Below are positions 63,447-64,000 of a stretch of 64,000 bases of DNA, piece by piece. Origin of the DNA: the human T2T-CHM13v2.0 reference genome, Homo sapiens; the NCBI RefSeq assembly GCF_009914755.1, contig NC_060932.1. One strand, given 5' to 3'. The translations under genes were made by a program, and so were the position numbers. Position 1 is the first letter of the stretch, and every line of letters begins with the position of its first letter. Under the pieces are notes generated by a model. That model did not search any database. It saw only the letters and a list, made by a program, of their open reading frames with translations, and was not told the DNA's origin.

Positions 63447-64000
63447 CTAACAAAAAAATGCTACCAGAGGGCGTTTCATTTTGTGGGATTACACTTGAAA
63501 AACAGTTAGCCAATCTCTCTACCCTGCATTTTTATGAGGACTGAGATTTTATAACTGCAGCTATAGTTATCAGTTGACATTGGAACTTCAGGCCATCTGG
63601 AAGTAAGAAACCTTTACTGAGTTGCTAAAATCCACCTGAAAACCTATTCGCACATCCTGGGGTTTGACAGCAGTGCAATGATCTAACCCAGAAGCAGCAT
63701 TTTAAGCATAGCCATTCTTATTCCTTTCATATTTGAAATGCTGATTTTGTTTCTTAGGAAAGACAAAATGAAAATATAAACAACTTGTTATATAATTCCC
63801 ACTAGTTTACAGAGGACTCTCAGTTTCTACAATTCTCTCCAACCAAAGAGGTAGGAGATAATTTGTAGAGAATTTGTACCATTTTTCATTTGTATCATTT
63901 ATCATTTGTATCATTTTTCTTAAAATACTTAGCAATACTTTTTTCAGTCATACATATTGTTTTCAAAATTCATGTGGGGTTTTTTGGTGTTTTGAGGTTT

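Overview
Human (hominid) genomic DNA: AT-rich, CpG-poor and dense in Alu, L1, MaLR and MER repeats. The whole window lies inside CSMD1, which is transcribed from the minus strand. Four coding exons have canonical AG/GT boundaries: 60813-61001 (189 nt), 55487-55633 (147 nt), 51063-51251 (189 nt) and 16413-16598 (186 nt). All are phase 1-1 and splice into one open frame encoding a CUB domain followed by two Sushi/CCP modules, i.e. the last CUB and the start of the tandem Sushi array (from recall, roughly exons 47-50; numbering unverified). The rest is intron, and the other ORFs in the track are repeat-derived or chance. I see no novel multi-gene system. The most notable non-annotated structures are: (1) an apparent 3'UTR-only retrocopy (recalled match to the GCC2/RGPD 3'UTR) with twin-priming inversion geometry and a visible 19-bp inverted duplication (~7613-8387); (2) a ~194-bp palindromic tandem repeat carrying about 12 AGGTCA half-sites (6783-7375); (3) an Alu-internal expansion giving seven AGTTCA half-sites in DR2/DR3 spacing (24298-24354); (4) a two-LTR MST provirus in the gene's sense orientation; (5) inverted Alu pairs around frame-symmetric exons; (6) several perfect, probably recent, tandem duplications. 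Repeat subfamily names come from recalled consensus sequences, and repeat boundaries are approximate unless TSDs are given.
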